Notes: generated by a model not told the origin, from the sequence alone. Counted from the first letter of the stretch, positions 13,497 through 26,302 are shown. The stretch is DNA of 64,000 bases from Nemertoderma westbladi (GCA_032718475.1 JAUCBJ010003419.1:1-64000); one strand, 5' to 3'. Program-made: numbers and translations.

Positions 13497-14524
13497 CTGT
13501 AGGGAAATGATATTAATAATACGGCTATTTTATAATAGGCCTAACGCTTATGTTCAGTAAAGTAAAAAAAATCAATTATGGAATGACAGAATGACGACGT
13601 CATTGGAGTTCGAACCAGCCTTGTACGTTGTACGGAAGGCCTACCGTTTCAGGCTACGCTACAGGGTCCGCCGGTCCGGTATCTAAACCAGCCTTGTACG
13701 GAAGGCCTACCGTTTCAGGCTACGCTACAGGGTCCGCCGGTCCGGTATCTAAACCAGCCTTGCACGGAAGGCCTACCGTTTCAGGCTACGCAAAACGCAA
13801 CGGCAACAGGGTCCGCCGGTGCGGTATCTAAACCAGCCTTGTACGGAAGGCATACCATTTCAGGCTACGCTACAGGGTCCGCCGGTCCGGTATCTAAACC
13901 AGACTTGTACGGAAGGCCTGCCGTTTCAGGCTACGCAACAGGGTCCGCCGGTCCGGTATCTAAACCAGCCTTGTACGGAAGGCCTACCGTTTCAGGCTAC
14001 GCTACAGGGTCCGCCGGTCCGGTATCTAAACCAGCCTTGCACGGAAGGCCTACCGTTTCAGGCTACGCAAAACGCAACGGCAACAGGGTCCGCCGGTGCG
14101 GTATCTAAACCAGCCTTGTACGGAAGGCATACCATTTCAGGCTACGCTACAGGGTCCGCCGGTCCGGTATCTAAACCAGCCTTGTACGGAAGGCATACCA
14201 TTTCAGGCTACGCTACAGGGTCCGCCGGTCCGGTATCTAAACCAGCCTTGTACGGAAGGCCTACCATTTCAGGCTACGCTACAGGGTCCGCCGCTCCTGT
14301 ATCTAAACCAGCCTTGTACGGAAGGCCTACCGTTTCAGGCTACGCTACAGGCATACAGGGTCCGCCGGCCCGGTATCTAAACCAGCCTTGTACGGAAGGC
14401 CTTCAGTTTCAGGCTACGCTAAAGGCAGACAGGGTCCGCCGGTCCTGTATCTAACGAGGTCCGCCTTTACACGGTCATGGCCAACTACTATAGGACTGTA
14501 CCGGTCCGGTACTTACTGACTTAC
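13497..14524 (-). other. Putative 5'-UTR intron of INTU
   Basis: Minus-strand donor CTG|GTAAGT at 14524 and acceptor TTTCCCTACAG| at 13497; encloses the 66-bp array. Confidence 0.45.
13613..14454. repeat. 66-bp GC-rich minisatellite, about 12 copies
   Basis: Unit AAACCAGCCTTGTACGGAAGGCCTACCGTTTCAGGCTACGCTACAGGGTCCGCCGGTCCGGTATCT; two units share an extra AAACGCAACGG-like insert. Confidence 0.95.
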
Positions 14525-14582
14525 CAGCACATGACGTGCATATTTTCTATCAGAATTCTTAGCTCTAAAAAGTTGTTTACAT

Positions 14583-14610
14583 GTTGCATAGTAACAGCTG
14601 CTATGGTAAC
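14583..14610. promoter_or_regulatory. Tandem RFX X-box-like motifs upstream of INTU
   Basis: GTTGCATAGTAAC and GCTGCTATGGTAAC about 60 bp upstream of the putative first-exon donor of a ciliogenesis gene. Confidence 0.45.
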
Positions 14611-15023
14611 AACCTGTTCCATTAAGAAGAGTACGCAAGCAGGAAGGAAGCCCTACAGATTCAATAAAGGACAGCACTAGACTGAAGGAAGAACAAGTAT
14701 TTCCAGTGCGGTCGGGGCCCACAGAACTATATCCCCCAGAGGAAACTCTTGTACTAATTTATCTACCATTTAGACATGCAATTTTGCAGAGATGCGTGTG
14801 CCCCGGTTAGTCTCTGTAAAGGATTCGTGCTGAAACAAGAACTTTCGGTTTTAATCTTTCGAGTTGAGCGAATTATTTTAGAAAAAAAGCAAATGACTTC
14901 AGGATCGCACCACAAACAAGCATAGCATACGTGTACTGTGCGTGGGAAAAATTCAAAAATGTACTATGCTGGGGCTGGCGACTCCATCACGGCCTTGATT
15001 CGCCAGATGGGGGAGAGGGGGGT

Positions 15024-15055
<32 letters not shown>

Positions 15056-15568
15056 CTTTCGATGCAATCAATATTCAACACTCTCAGAGTAAATTCGCCG
15101 CAAATAACAGCTTGGTTACTCCCAAAACATAACTGATTTGCTTGGTAAATATAATATATCAAGGGAGGTTAAAAAATATTATTGTTTGATCTTTTATTTT
15201 CTGCTGGTATTAATTAATAAACATGACCTTGCGTAAAATATCATTCATGATTCGCCATCTATTAAAGAGAGAGTACTACCGGTCCTTGCGACTCTGCAAC
15301 CGCCCCCCCCCCCCCCCCCCCCCCGCCCGCCCGCCCGCCTATCCACGGCACACGTAAATAGTTTTTATATATATTTTAATTTTAATTTATTTTATAATGA
15401 TTTAAATTTTACCGTTTGCCCCGATTGGGGGCATATCTATAATTATATATTAAAGAGAGAGTACTGTACATTTGATTATTCACCATGTAGGAAATATATA
15501 AATTATTTATTTGCATATGATAATACAGTACAATACTTGCTTAATATTGGAAGTTTACAATTAAGTTA

Positions 15569-15991
15569 TTATACTGAAAGTTTTCCCATCAAAGAACACA
15601 CTGAAGCAAGGTCAGGATTAGGAATTCCGTCCTTCATGTATCGGTTAGTTTTGAGTGACATCAGACTGCAGATTTGACTACATTTGTGTCCTTCGAAGAA
15701 AGTCTCCATACCGACTCGACCTACATTGGTCCGACCGAACCTGGACTCACGACAGTGTATTGAGGGATCGGTTAGTACGTATTTACCCTCGTGGTTCATT
15801 CCTTGGAGATCTACGACCATCAGGTAGTGGTTCGTGAAGTCGTAGGTCCAGTGGGAAAACGCGTCTAAAGTCGATGCGAAGTCCGCTCGATTTACGTAAC
15901 CAAAGTTGCTGTTGTATTTCATAAAGCCTTCGTAATTAGGGTAAATGTCTTCCACTGTGTAATAAACTGGGGCTCCGTCAACATCTCTGGC
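15569..15991 (-). CDS. vWA-domain alpha-kinase, coding exon 2 (total 663 aa)
   Basis: In-frame acceptor TTTTAG|GCC at 15992; KYNSNFG, DAFSHWTY, LMVVDLQG, LTDPSIH, FGRTNVG, HKCSQIC zinc motif. Confidence 0.9.
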   Translation of the reverse strand, partial: ARDVDGAPVYYTVEDIYPNYEGFMKYNSNFGYVNRADFASTLDAFSHWTYDFTNHYLMVVDLQGMNHEGKYVLTDPSIHCRESRFGRTNVGRVGMETFFEGHKCSQICSLMSLKTNRYMKDGIPNPDLASVCSLMGKLSV

Positions 15992-16507
15992 CTAAAATGG
16001 AAAATACTATAGTAAATTTTTAGACGGTATTTCTATTTCGTTAAATTTGAAATTTACTGTATACTTTACCGTATTTACCGTATTTACTGTATAATTTACT
16101 GTAGGCCTATTCGTACTGCATGCAATATGCCAATAGAATTGGTGTTTAAGGAACAGGCATATTCAACTCAATCATGCAATTTACAATATGTTGCATTTGC
16201 AATACACCTCAATGTAGACTAAAATTACTTCACATAAAATAGGCTATTTGTACATGGGGGCCGGAGCGAGTCAGAATAAATAGCCATCAGCGAACGCTTA
16301 AATAATTTTACTATCTCTCTTTATTACTCTTTTTGGTAATAAAGTCGGTGGGGGTGTGCGTGTCGGTAACAACTAGCCATATTAGGGCCTACAGTATAAT
16401 GGTAACTGTTTACTGAGATGGCTTACAGTTTTGTTGCAAGAATAAAACCACATGCGTGTAGGGGCCTAATTAAGGTTACAGAAGGCCTACCTACATTGCA
16501 TATGTAC

Positions 16508-18076
16508 CTCAACAAATTTGACTTCCAGAAAATGAATTTCCTTTGCTTCTTTCGGCTTGACTTTATTGAATTCTCTGGCAAGAAAGTTAGAAATCGCTTG
16601 CGATTCAACAATATTAAGGAAATCTTCTCTGCCATCCCGCAATCCACTGCCATAGATATACTTGAATGTCTTGAGAACAACAGATGCTGCTTGTTTTTTC
16701 CCTGCTTCCTTTTTATACCACGGAATAAGGTCAGGCATATGGAAGTAGTGAGTGGCTTTATCAATTTCAATTCCAAAGTATGAAATCCGTTGACTTCCTT
16801 GGGCAAATGGATGAGCAGATATTTTGATCGAATCCTGTTTATATGAGTATTTTAAAATTAACTTGGTTTCTCCCAAAACATCGCAAGTGGAAATCGAGAC
16901 TTGTTGGCTCGCAATCTTTGCCCAATCTGGTTGTTTATCAACAATAATGTACGATTTGAGAGATTTAGTTGAGAGTTCACTAATCGACGCCATTTTTGAT
17001 ACAGGGAGGACCGCTCCAGTCATCTCCTTCCAGTTACATTCGATCGTTAAGCTGATAGTTTCCGTAGCAACAAAAGCGAAATCCTTCACATCGGCCATGT
17101 CGGCACTCCGAATAAAGCCTCCCCCGCCAATCTCATCAAAAACTCTAATCATTTTGTCAGTTTGTGGTAAAATACGACCAAATGTGTAATCAATTTTTAG
17201 AGCCTTAATTTTTTTAATCAGATCCTCAATCTTTAGACCCCGTTCGTCGGCGTCATTAAATGACGCATAACTGTCACTACACCCTTCATGAAATCTGCTC
17301 CCATGTGCAGGAGCATCAGCAATATGAATCAAACATCTGTTGTGTTTCGACCAAGACAATTGAATGGCAGCTTCCAAACCTCCGAAAACATCCTCAGCTG
17401 TGTCTCCCCCTCCAATGGCTTTGACACCCTCGAGAAATTCTTTGAATTTATTAACATCATCATTAAAATCCATCGTAGTAATACGCAGTTGTTCGCCATC
17501 GCAGTGATCCCGATAGCCAACAAACGCTACCCTCAAAATAGCGTTGTACCGCGTAGTAATTTCGTCAACAATCCCTTTAATATGATCCTTGGCGGCATTT
17601 ATATATGATGACATACTTGATGTGCAATCGAGCAAGAATGCTACGTCAGTCTGTCGTTGACGTTCGTTCTTTTCCTTAAACTTTCGAAGGAGCACCTGGT
17701 TCTTCTCGTATTCTCTCTCTGTTGTTGTAGACATCCACTTCTTTTTCTCCAAGTCTAACTCCTTCCGCTTTTCTTCCAAGATATCTCTTGAGGATGAAGC
17801 AAATTTCTTCCCTCTTACCTCTTGGAGTTGCTTCTCAATTTTCTGCAACATCAATCTATCTGCTGATGTTGTCGCCGAATTTCTAGGAGATTTTGACGCT
17901 TTATACCTTTGCAGCTCCTCCATCTTCAAAGCCAACAAATCTTTTGTGCGGAATTCCTTTGTGCTTTCATGACTTCTCAATTTACTGGTGAGGAGATCAA
18001 CGCTATCCAGACTGCTCTCCTCCTCCTTAATGATCTTCAAATCGTTCGCCGTCTCCTTTGTTATTGTTTTATCCAT
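16508..18076 (-). CDS. vWA-domain alpha-kinase (VwkA-like), coding exon 1
   Basis: Coiled-coil-like N-terminus, MIDAS-type DVAFLLDCTSSM, VAFVGYRDH, GGGDTAEDVFGGL, HIADAPAHG; alpha-kinase start PFAQGSQRISY; phase-0 donor GAG|GTACAT at 16507. Confidence 0.88.
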
Positions 18077-19787
18077 TGCAGTAAATATCTTTCATATATA
18101 TATATGTATACCTTTCAGTTAATTATTTATTAACAATATTGAAATCCAGAAAAGTAGTGTGAATAACAGAATAAGTCCACAATAATAATAACTGATTAAC
18201 ATGTAGGTCTACTGTATGTACATTATGTGATATTGACCTACTCATGCTGTATTATTGTTATCTCAATGTCATTCACGTTATATTGCTTGTTCTTTGTGAT
18301 CCGGCGTTCTGGGATCTATCATTGGCATTTAATGTGTTGCTTTTTGCAACAAATTAATCCAACCCTGACTTTCATCCTTGACTGGAGGATAAATGGGAGC
18401 CAAGGCAACTTAGGATAACCCTACAGAGTGGAAACATTCTCCCTATCACAATTCGCGACAATTCATCTGCATTATCTATAGACCAGTGTCATTTAGTGGA
18501 AGTTGCTGATGGTTGACAACCACGTTTCCTTTACCAACCGGTTGCCAATACCAAAATCATGACCAGGATGATGAGTCCTATGTTGCCTTGGCCGGAAAGG
18601 CTACCCTACACAATCCATGGTGCGTTCTGGTTACGGTTGGGTTTTTTCACTAACATTTTATAGAAGTTGTTGAACAATACTGCCTAATTTGTTAATTAAA
18701 TGAGCCTTGCATTCTATGACATGGACTAGTCATTGCGAAGTATCCTAGTGCACAATATCTAAGCCCAGGCCTATAGAATACCATTCGTATTCGAGTAAGT
18801 ACTGTCCTCATATAACAAATAATAAATCCAAAGTGAATGAAATGTGTAATAATTATAAGTGGGCCTATCAATACCAACTCAAATTCAATATTTACATCCT
18901 TATTATATGCATTTAATGCATATTCATGGTTATAATCAATAGATAATATTTACTAAAATGTTGTACCTTGGAATTAAAACGCTTAGCGAAAAAATCCCCA
19001 CACATCGGAAAAACAAACAGATTAATTCTTACCAATTCGAGTTTACTTATAGTTTATGAACTATGACCTACTACAGTATCACTACTTAGGCCTACTATAA
19101 ACTTTTCCTCTCCGTATAAAATCTTTATGGTTGGAGATTAGGAGATGGTGAAAATAAGATTAAAAAGTGAGACACCTATGAATTAATACACATGGTACAT
19201 ATACAGTACCAAGGTCAGGCAACATACACTCTTTACTGAAACTATGTCTAATCTGAACAATTTGGGGGGGGGGGGGGGGGGGGGGTGGGGGGGCGTTTGC
19301 GACTAAATCAAAATTTATCCCTCTCCAGGGCGGAAATAATTGCAAATAACTGCCAAATTAAAATTAAATTACCTACAAAATAAAGCTGTAACCTGTCCTA
19401 TTGATTTCAGTTTATTATTTTGGTTAGAATAAGGTGCCCCTGAAAGTCAACTGGTTGCCTTCTCAAAATCTGAAATAATTCTAATATAGGCTAGAGTGAG
19501 TAACATTCTACGACTCCATAAGTAGGCCTGCAGTTAGTGTGGGTGGAATCGCGAAACCACAACACTGTACTTTATTATCACTTAATAATCACTATCTACA
19601 ATTAATTAATTTATATATAAAGAAGTGGTGTAATTTTGTCATTTGTGGTGATTCCCACCAATTGCATTGTAGTTAAGTCTCTCAGTTAGGCATGCTTACA
19701 GTAGTTAGTTAATACACACACTAGTACAGTATATTCCAGTACATTATATTACTGTATCTTTATAATTTAAATATCGTCTACTGTACA

Positions 19788-19968
19788 TGTTCTACTTCTA
19801 CTGCCTCTTGTATACCCAGTATATTGTTCTACTTCTAGTGTCTGTTGTATACCCAGTAGATTGTTCTACTTCTACTGCCTGTTCTATACCCAGTAGATTG
19901 TTCTACTTCTACTGCCTGTTCTATACCCAGTATATTGTTCTACTTCTACTGTCTGTTCTATACCCAGT
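19788..19968. repeat. 37-bp tandem repeat, about 5 copies
   Basis: TTGTTCTACTTCTACTGCCTGTTCTATACCCAGTAGA-like units. Confidence 0.85.
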
Positions 19969-20186
19969 ACAGCTCCTGAAGAAGTCCTGTTTAAATTACT
20001 TAATAATTTATACAATCTATGGATGTTAAAACATATAAATAATAATATTTATTTTTTTTAGCATTATTTTCATGTGATTTAATTAAGCTTTTAGAGAAAT
20101 TGGAGGGAAAGATGCGGGTGGTGGAGTGGTGTTTGGTGTAAATATAACAATATTATACTGTACCGCGGTACATCGATTGTCCTTAA

Positions 20187-20886
20187 AGGCCCTAACTCCA
20201 TTTTGGAAGGTACATAAAGAGCAACACGTCCGAACACAAAAATACACAAAAAAAAACAACAAAAAATAACACCAGGTACCAACGTTTTGATAGAATTAGC
20301 CACGCGTTGCTTTTCTATATGTAATTCCCGAAATTATTGAATAAAGTTTTACAGTAAATGTAATGTCATCTTTAAATTGCTTGGAATTTTTTAACGATCT
20401 AATATTTGCTTTAGAAATACAATAATAATATAAAATAAATAGTTCATATTTTAATTCCCTAGATATCGGAGATGCGGCCTTTTTTTACATATCAACATTA
20501 TGTGTAATTCATGTGTCATTAATCACATGTTGACTCGGATTTATGGCTTTGTATTTTTGTTAGCACAATATAATTGGCGCTTTTGCTATGTACACGGGAG
20601 TTCTAAAAACCATGACGGAAAGTATTTATACTGTAGTAGGAATCACATTTGTCATTTTTCATTTGTCTTTAACAACCCAACAATAGGTTATTCAGCTGTA
20701 CATCGGAATTAGGACCTTTACAAAAATTTGGAATCCAATTGGATTTAGGTCTCATATTTAAACAGCCATATCTCTAGTTTTATTTGATGAAACTTTTCAA
20801 GAATACTAATACTTGTAGAGTGATATTTATTTAGTGTAATTGTACTGTAGAAAAAAGTGAAAATTTTCAAAATGAGTGTAGGGCCT
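20187..20886. mobile_element. Kolobok-like MITE
   Basis: TTAA|AGGCCCTAACTC ... GAGTGTAGGGCCT|TTAG. Confidence 0.5.
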
Positions 20887-21020
20887 TTAGGTAGGCCTAC
20901 TACTTATATACTTGATAGACATTATAAAATACAGTTTGTTTATAGATAAGTATTGCAGTTAATTGTTATCACATTGCTGTATAAATAGTAATAAATACGC
21001 AGTACATGGTTTTTAAGTTT

Positions 21021-21265
21021 TCAAACAACTGAGTCTCCATTTATTGCTGAATTTAACTCGATTGTTTTCGTTACAGGTGACGGAGATTCGATTGGGTCCG
21101 TTTTATGGGATTGCTCGTAAGTAGGTTTCTGGGGGCACTCCGTCAGCCAGTATTCGGGATTATCAACGACTCTGATGGGAACGTAAGCGTTCCCTACTCG
21201 TTCCGCTCGACGCATTTCGTTTTCCGACTGATGAATTAAAATATCTGCTACACTATGTTCACCAC
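21021..21265 (-). CDS. EGFR-like terminal exon with NPxY motif
   Basis: Acceptor TTTTAG| at 21266; ...RVVDNPEYWLTEC...GDSVV*; DNPEY is typical of ErbB tails. Confidence 0.65.
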
Positions 21266-21680
21266 CTAAAACATAAAGGAAACAGATGTTACGTTTCATA
21301 TTTCCCAACTAAAAGCTTCACTTACACCAAGTCTAACTCACTCTGAATTATAACGTTCGCACTTATGTATTGCCTCTATGCTTTTTATCAGTTACTAAGA
21401 CAAAGACATTATGGCCTAGACCCCCTTGACTCCGAACAAACCAAATAGACCATACAGTCCCAATCCCAATAAACATTAACTTGGTCGTTTTGGCGGCCAA
21501 AATGACCAAAATCGCCAAAAAAATGTAGTGTATTCCTATGGGCTACTTGGTCGTTTTGGCGAAGCGATTTAACTCGAATCAGCTCAATCCAGACAGCCCG
21601 TCTCCTTGGACATCCATTTGGTGGATCTGACTAAATGTCGGCTCGCTTTCATTTTTATTATTGACAGATTGTTAACTTAC

Positions 21681-21746
21681 CTGGAGCTGAGTCGGGCCTT
21701 TCAGTTGTAGTAAAGACCACCCACTGAGGCATTGATACAGCACAGG
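21681..21746 (-). CDS. Probable EGFR-like tail exon
   Basis: 66 bp, phase 1-1, donor CAG|GTAAGT; CAVSMPQWVVFTTTERPDSAP. Confidence 0.5.
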
Positions 21747-21848
21747 CTAATACGTAATAAGGGAGTTAGTTGAATGCGGCTTTGTTAAAAGGAGGAGTAT
21801 GTATAATAATCGGATTTTGTGTGTTATTATTAGATAATCACTTCTCAC

Positions 21849-21915
21849 CTTTTCCTTTGTGTAGCTTCAGTTTAGAGTCATTATGAAATGGCAACGTGTT
21901 CTGTATGAAGGCGTC
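21849..21915 (-). CDS. Probable EGFR-like tail exon
   Basis: 67 bp, phase 0 to 1, donor AAG|GTGAGA; DAFIQNTLPFHNDSKLKLHKGK; acceptor weak. Confidence 0.4.
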
Positions 21916-22200
21916 CTAATTATAGTTTTATAGTTAGAAGCTGGGTCTGTGACAGGGCGAGGGGTAGCTATTAAATAGCGACACTCAGTCTCGAACGAGT
22001 TCGGTATACTGATGAAATTCAGATTAGACGGCGCGGCCTATTTCTAGTAGCTGGGTCTGAATTCGAGGGCGATAGTAACTGAAAACATTATAATATCAGG
22101 CTCTGGCTCTGTGCTAACAGTCAACAGAGTCGGCATATTTGGGTGAATTTATGATGATGTAATTATTATTTATCGAGACTTGGGGGGGGGGGGGGGGGGG

Positions 22201-22427
22201 GGGGGAACTGGACGCAAAACTCGCCTTGGCGAATTAATATCCAGCCTCAATGTTAAATTCTCAATTTAGGGAAAGGAGCAGGTTATAGTGGCACGTTATT
22301 TTAACCAAAACAATAAATTAAACTTAAATGAACATTACAGTTTTATTTTTGAGAGTAATCATCTGTTATTTGCGTCAAATTTCCCCTGGAGAGTGATGAA
22401 TTTTTATTGCGTCTAGTCCCCCCCCCC
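22201..22427. mobile_element. About 220-bp MITE family (related copies near 25190-25400, 26885-27110, 32255-32460)
   Basis: TIR GGGGAACTGGACGCAA / TTGCGTCTAGTCCCC; shared core GGGAAAGGAGCAGGTT...GGCACGTTATTTTAACCAAAAC. Confidence 0.7.
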
Positions 22428-23307
22428 GTAACTGTATTTATGAGAGCATTTATATTATAGCGTACTAAACAGCTCAATAAAGAAAAATCTATGTAAAGTA
22501 CTTTTCTCATATTTTAAAGAATTTTTACAAATTGAATATATGAACTTGTTATTTTTATTACCAATCGAATAGAATTAAAGTAAATAATTAATTATTACGC
22601 TGCAAGTGCTAGCACACTGCATATAACCTAAGTGACAGGTAAAGGTGTGTTAATTATTAGATTAGTAAAAAATATGTAGAAAATAATAAGTTAGGGCGCC
22701 TCACACTGCACTCTTACAGGCATGTTTACTACAGTGGCGAGCCCAGCCATTACTACACTGGAGCCTTTCTCTCTACCTAAAGGTATAGAGAACTCTACAT
22801 CAGCGCCAACATGCTGGGCTTTACTTACACTCAGCCTGTATTCACTGGCTGTGATTGACAAGCCAACGTGCCTCAGCAGTTCCTTTCATGAATACCGCAG
22901 TTTTTACTTGGCCATTTTGGTAATTTTGGCCGCCAAAACGACCAAGTTAATGTTTATTGGGATTGGGACTGTAACTATTAAATCTCACATTTCAGCAAAA
23001 AAAAAGCATAATGCAAACAGATTCCACACAGCAACTGGGCGCCTGATTGAGAAGAAGTCAGGGTTCACGGGGTTTGAATTTGATTTTGAAATTAACATTT
23101 GAAAGCTAAAGATAGAAGTTCAGGTTTCATATGATTAGTTACAGACTCCTCACCGTCGTATATACAGTATCAAACTGCTGTATATAACCGGTTGGGGAAA
23201 GAGATATGCGGTATACAGTAAACCCGAAGTTGGACGGACGTTCTTTCATAGAAGGTCGAGAACCCAAGCATCTCTAATGCGTTTTTGGTTATAAAAAGAG
23301 AAGGCGC

Positions 23308-24871
23308 AGTGGCGGTACGGCTAATGTCGCGTTACGGAAAGTCGCGTTACGGCTAATTTTCAGAGTAGCTGTAACGCGACTTTGAAAGTCGCGGTACGGC
23401 TACTCTAAAAGTCGCGGTACGGCTAATTGTCGCGTTACGGCTAATCTATTGTCTTGGTTTTACAGAGGGAATCATTATCAATATTATTCTTTGGTGTTTA
23501 CGTACAGATGACGTTCGAAAAAATTAATGTGATAATGTTTTACAGCATGGGAGAATCCAGGGGGCCCTATTAATAATATTTAGTTTTATTTATTTATTAT
23601 TTTTTTATTTATTTAATAATAATATTTATTTTAGGGATTTTGACTAAAAAACTTAATTTATTAATTATTGTATTATTATTGTTGCATTGAGTACCACAGT
23701 ACACATAACCATAGTTATCTCGGTCGAAAGTATACCAGTATATTGCCGAAATATTGCACTTTGAATTTATCATTATAATAATCAAATCAAAAGTGTCTAA
23801 AACTAAAGCTCTTGAATTAGCCAGTCATCGCCCGCGTATGGCATTTGGTTCGGTGGTGGGGTGCGGGGTGGGTTGGAATGGTTCGGCCGCGAAGGGGTGG
23901 TTCGGAGGCGGGGTGTGTTGGAATGGTTCGGCCGCGAAGGGGTGGTTCGGTGGTGGGTTGGGTTGGAATGGTTCGGCCGCGAAGGGGTGGTTCGGTGGTG
24001 GGTTGGGTTGGAATGGTTCGGCCGCGAAGGGGTGGTTGGGTGGTGGGGTGGGTTGGAATGGTTCGGCCGCGAAGGGGTGGTTCGGTGGTGGGTTGGGTTG
24101 GAATGGTTCGGCCGCGAAGGGGTGGTTCGGTGGCGGGGTGTGTTGGAATGGTTCGGCCGCGAAGGGGTGGTTCGGTGGTGGGTTGGGTTGGAATGGTTCG
24201 GCCGCGAAGGGGTGGTTCGGTGGTGGGGTTGGTTGGAATGGTTCGGCCGCGAAGTGGTGGCTCGGGGTTGGGAAGAAATGGTTCGGCCGCAAAGGTTCAC
24301 TACACCAACATGCCAGTCACCACCCCCTCCCAATGCAGCTGGACGGGGCCTAGACCTTCAACTGGTTGATCGGCGGCCGGTAGGACGGCCAGGCCATTGC
24401 CTGTTTGTCAATCCCCAAAAAGAACGCCATATGGTCTAGGTAGCGAGCCTGGCGTTGGTTAACAACATCGATATGAAGTAGTGGAATTTGTTCCACAAAT
24501 CCATTCATTGTTTCTTTGGCTGCTATTATTGGCTGTAATCCGTACCTGTACTTGAGGCTGTGACTAAGAATACCATAGAATACAATATTATATTGAATGT
24601 GAAAGCGAGGTTGTCGAAGAATGTACAGTATGAAAGAAGGTAAAATCCCCCCCCCCCCCCCCGGATACTCTATACGTAAACAACATAGGGGCATGATAAA
24701 CACTGCATTACATCATTATATTGAAAATGATTCTTTCTGTAAAACCAAGACAATAGATTAGCCGTAACGCGACTTTTAGAGTAGCCGTACCGCGACTTTC
24801 AAAGTCGCGTTACGGCTAATCTCACAAAAAATCAGCCGTAACGCGACAGTAGCCGTATCGCGACAACACCG
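23308..24871. mobile_element. Non-autonomous element with inverted subterminal repeat arrays (MULE/foldback-like)
   Basis: Left GTCGCG(T/G)TACGGCTA repeats and right TAGCCGTA(A/C)CGCGAC repeats; left end degenerate. Confidence 0.65.
23843..24290. repeat. 45-bp G-rich minisatellite, about 9-10 copies
   Basis: Unit GGTTCGGCCGCGAAGGGGTGGTTCGGTGGTGGGTTGGGTTGGAAT (23881, 23926, ...). Confidence 0.95.
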
Positions 24872-26302
24872 TCGAGATCTCAGCATCACCGACCAAGCAT
24901 CTCTAATGCGTTTTTGGTTATAAAAAGTGTAGGGGAAGTTTGTCTGAATTTCGTTTGTTTATTGTATAAAGTGATACCGATGTTAATTACTGTACTGGAG
25001 GGGTGTCCTGACCATGGTCTGTTTTGTTTGCCCTTAATTAATTAGCACTTTTTAAGACAGAGAACCTTATATACATACGAATAAATAACTTATATCTTTA
25101 CCAACCCTTATTCAGACAGCATCAGGTAGGCAGACCCTACGCATAAAGTACGGTAAGGATAGTGACTAATTATAGAGACAGGTGTGAAAACTTGTCCCAA
25201 ATCCTATCTCGGCGAATTAATATCTCGTCTTAATGTTAAATTATCGATTAAGGGAAAGAAGCAGTTACAGTATGGCACGTTATTTTATCCAAAACAATAA
25301 ACTAAACACAATAGAACAGGTTACAGTTTTATACTTGAGAGTAATCAGCTCTTAGTTGCGACGATTTTCCCCTGGAGAGGGATGGATTTTGACGCTATCT
25401 GGGAAGATAACTCACTGAGGCTGCCTTTGCACTTTGATAAGCTGTGCCGTGCATGTATCCTTGAAATATTTTTCCCTGACATATACTGTAACTATGTATC
25501 CATGTAACCATATAATGTAACTGGTGCCTTTGTTTAGTTACATAATATTTACTTATTTACTACCTACATACAGTAGTTAAGTATACCGGTTTAACTTAAA
25601 CTTTCTGTTCGCGTAGCGCCTTTTTGGCGCTTTATAAATAATTATATATTATTATTATTATATTATATATATATTAACTAGGCCTACTGTAGCTCTGTAC
25701 GGCTCACACTGTAGCAAAATAATTTAGTGTTCTATCTAATCCTCGTAGGCTCAGTTACATTCACTCACTACGTTCGTTTGTGTAATAAACAACTCGGATC
25801 AGCGTACTGTAAAGTTTGCTACAGTACTTTCCCCACGCCACAAGTAGGCCTAAATAAATGGTGTAGTTATTACGTACCGTCTGGGGTTTCATCCCATTGA
25901 TGTAAAGTTGGGTATTGGCCATCGTTGAATGATTGATTGTAACCGCTCTGTAAAATAACATCCGAAGAATTATAAAATTGTAAACGTTAGAGAGAATAAT
26001 ACCACAGTATACTATGCACCGTACTCTACTAGGCCTACACATGACTTACTAGAATAATAGTAGGTCATGACCTACAACAGTTGCAGAGTAAACTGAATGA
26101 GTAGGCCCTATCATAAAAATAAAGAAAAAAATAAAACTATAGGCCTAACCTGTTCTACTGTACCGGTTATGAATTTTGTTTGATGTTTTGGTTATAATAA
26201 CGTGCCACTCCTTTTCCATATTTAGTGATAATTATTCGATTTTTGTGATAATTTTTACTTTAGTGATTTCTCCCGATAAATTTTAATAAAAGGACTATTT
26301 AT

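Larger units (their letters stand above)
21455..22971. repeat. Inverted repeat pair (about 60-85 bp arms, TA-flanked) enclosing two putative exons
   Basis: TA|CAGTCCCAATCCCAATAAACATTAACTTGGTCGTTTTGGCGGCCAAAAT at 21455 and its reverse complement ending at 22971|TA. Confidence 0.85.

Noticed and set aside
13628-14454. Repetitive ORFs in the 66-bp array
   Set aside because: Open in multiple frames, broken by non-triplet inserts, no unique flanking coding sequence
15017-15054. Long poly-G/poly-C tracts here and elsewhere
   Set aside because: Mostly tied to MITE ends; homopolymer lengths are unreliable; no independent evidence of function
23754-24439. Gly/Trp-rich or Pro-rich ORFs
   Set aside because: 45-bp minisatellite inside a TE, open in nearly all frames
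25850-25877. 28-nt GT-AG micro-intron
   Set aside because: Implausibly short and gives no recognisable EGFR-like peptide
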